In this document: one piece after another, positions 60,389 through 61,710 of the stretch
Layout of the letters: each line of letters starts with the position of its first letter
Numbering within the stretch: position 1 is the first letter of the stretch
Origin: an uncultured Planctomycetia bacterium
Lineage (GTDB): Bacteria > Omnitrophota > Gorgyraeia > 2-02-FULL-51-18
Length of the DNA: 61,710 nucleotides
Assembly: GCA_964402785.1 (NCBI GenBank)
Contig: CAYODQ010000005.1
Span: 1 to 61,710, forward strand
Direction: 5' to 3'
Made by a program: the position numbers and the translations under genes
Notes under the pieces: model-generated
The model's input: the letters and a program-made list of their open reading frames with translations, nothing else
The model's database searches: none
Told to the model about the DNA's origin: nothing

Positions 60389-61654
60389 ATGAATGCAGAA
60401 ATTATCTCCATCGGCACCGAAATTTTGATCGGATCCATCACAAATACCAATTCCCGGTATTTGTCAGAAAAGCTTGCCCTAAACGGAATCGATGTGTTTC
60501 GTCACACCACCGTCGGTGATAACTTGCGCAGACTGATCCAAGTATTTGAAGAGGCATCCTCTCGGGCGGATATCCTTATTACATCCGGAGGCCTTGGCCC
60601 CACTGAAGATGACATCACAACCCTGGCGGCCTCGCAATTTTTAGGCAAAAAACTTGCTTTGCATGAACCCACGCGCGAGGCCATAAGTTTGAAACTCAAA
60701 AAACTGGGCAAAAAAATTTCCCCGCTTATCGAAAAGCAATGTTGGTTGCCTTCCGATTCAATTATTTTTCAAAATGATAACGGAACGGCTCCTGCTTTTT
60801 TATCTCCTGTGATTCGCAATCAAAAAAAAGTTTGGCTGCTTTGTTTGCCTGGACCACCGCGAGAGCTTCAGCCGCTTTTTGAGCAGAAAACTTTGCCTTA
60901 CCTGATCAAGCGCCTGGAACTCAAGCACCAAACATTTCAGATCCGTACACTTAAGATCTATGGCACGGAATCATCGGTAGCAGAAAAAGTTGGCGATCTT
61001 CTTAAATTAAAACCTCCCGTCACCCTGGGGATCTATGCCAAGCCGGGTCTCGTTGAACTTAAAATCATGAGTAAGGACGTATCCACCAAGAAAACTACTA
61101 CCCATGTCACGCGATTGGAAAAAGTCATTCGTCAGCGTCTAGGGAGCAATGTGTACGGAGTCGATAATCAAACCATGGCAGATGCTCTTGGTACGCTCAT
61201 GACTAAGAACCACCTCTCCCTCTCTGTAGCAGAATCTTGCACAGGCGGCTTATTGGGGCATGAAATCACGCAATTCTCTGGAGCATCGAAATTTTTTAAA
61301 GGCTCCGTTGTGGCTTATGCCAATGAGGTAAAAGAAAATCTACTTGGTGTATCCAAAAAAACGCTCAGCGCTCATGGTGCCGTCAGCGAAGCTGTGGCAA
61401 GATCTATGGCAGAAAATGTGCGCCTTAAATTTGGAACAGATTACGGCATCGCGATCACAGGAATAGCCGGGCCTGGAGGCGCCACCAAAACCAAGCCCGT
61501 TGGACTTGTTTATATCGCAATATCCTCCACTCGCGGAACACAAGTCACTAAAAATTTATTCATGGGTTCGAGGACGGAGATCAAACAGCGCGCAGCTCTA
61601 AAAGCGATGGATCTCCTTCGCCTCCTACTCACCAAGAATCCACCCCTCGAATGA
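60389..61654 (+). CDS. cinA: CinA competence/damage-inducible protein (MocF + PncC NMN deamidase domain)
   Basis: IGTEIL, GGLGPTEDD, LPGPPRE, AESCTGG, ITGIAGPGG. Confidence 0.96.
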   Translation: MNAEIISIGTEILIGSITNTNSRYLSEKLALNGIDVFRHTTVGDNLRRLIQVFEEASSRADILITSGGLGPTEDDITTLAASQFLGKKLALHEPTREAISLKLKKLGKKISPLIEKQCWLPSDSIIFQNDNGTAPAFLSPVIRNQKKVWLLCLPGPPRELQPLFEQKTLPYLIKRLELKHQTFQIRTLKIYGTESSVAEKVGDLLKLKPPVTLGIYAKPGLVELKIMSKDVSTKKTTTHVTRLEKVIRQRLGSNVYGVDNQTMADALGTLMTKNHLSLSVAESCTGGLLGHEITQFSGASKFFKGSVVAYANEVKENLLGVSKKTLSAHGAVSEAVARSMAENVRLKFGTDYGIAITGIAGPGGATKTKPVGLVYIAISSTRGTQVTKNLFMGSRTEIKQRAALKAMDLLRLLLTKNPPLE

Positions 61655-61662
61655 AGGTATGA

Positions 61663-61710
61663 AGTAAACCGTCAACCGAAGGCTTTCTACCGGCCCACCT
61701 GCCTGCCGGC
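61663..61710. repeat. 5' arm of a truncated AGTAAACC-type palindromic element; window ends inside a CCTGCCTGCCGGC[AGGCAGG] module
   Basis: Exact inverted match to 29-53; the last 13 nt match the first 13 nt of the 20-bp module. Confidence 0.85.

Overview
61.7-kb bacterial chromosomal segment, probably a whole contig. Gene order, PilZ proteins and the C1 genes suggest Ca. Omnitrophota/PVC; this is inference only. Nearly all genes lie on the minus strand. Two long housekeeping runs dominate: recA-recX-alaS-hisDBHAFI-trpEGDCFBA-manC-ruvX-M16-M50-rpe-pgm-lepA-lepB-pgsA-plsY, and gpsA-tRNA-Pro-hom-thrC-apgM-like-lysC-cimA-valS-nadC-uvrB-birA-coaX. The window also holds groESL with a CIRCE box and a guaB3-fhs-fchA-folD C1 block. 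An accessory zone (~4.5-17.4 kb) carries membrane proteins, two PilZ proteins, a DinJ/YafQ-type TA pair, a HUH Y1 (RAYT-like) transposase with 29-bp terminal inverted repeats, and attC-like remnants. The most unusual content is non-coding: six or more 140-290-bp imperfect palindromes at operon ends. They show compensatory stems, C-GNA-G mini-hairpins, conserved internal-loop motifs and a nested 20-bp palindromic module, and are flanked by local GC-skew/codon reversals in adjacent gene ends. A structured motif is duplicated 35 kb apart. Protein-level oddities: an ApgM homolog missing its catalytic residues in a thr operon lacking thrB, and a FolD missing its cyclohydrolase residues. No CRISPR, rRNA, integrase or reverse transcriptase seen.
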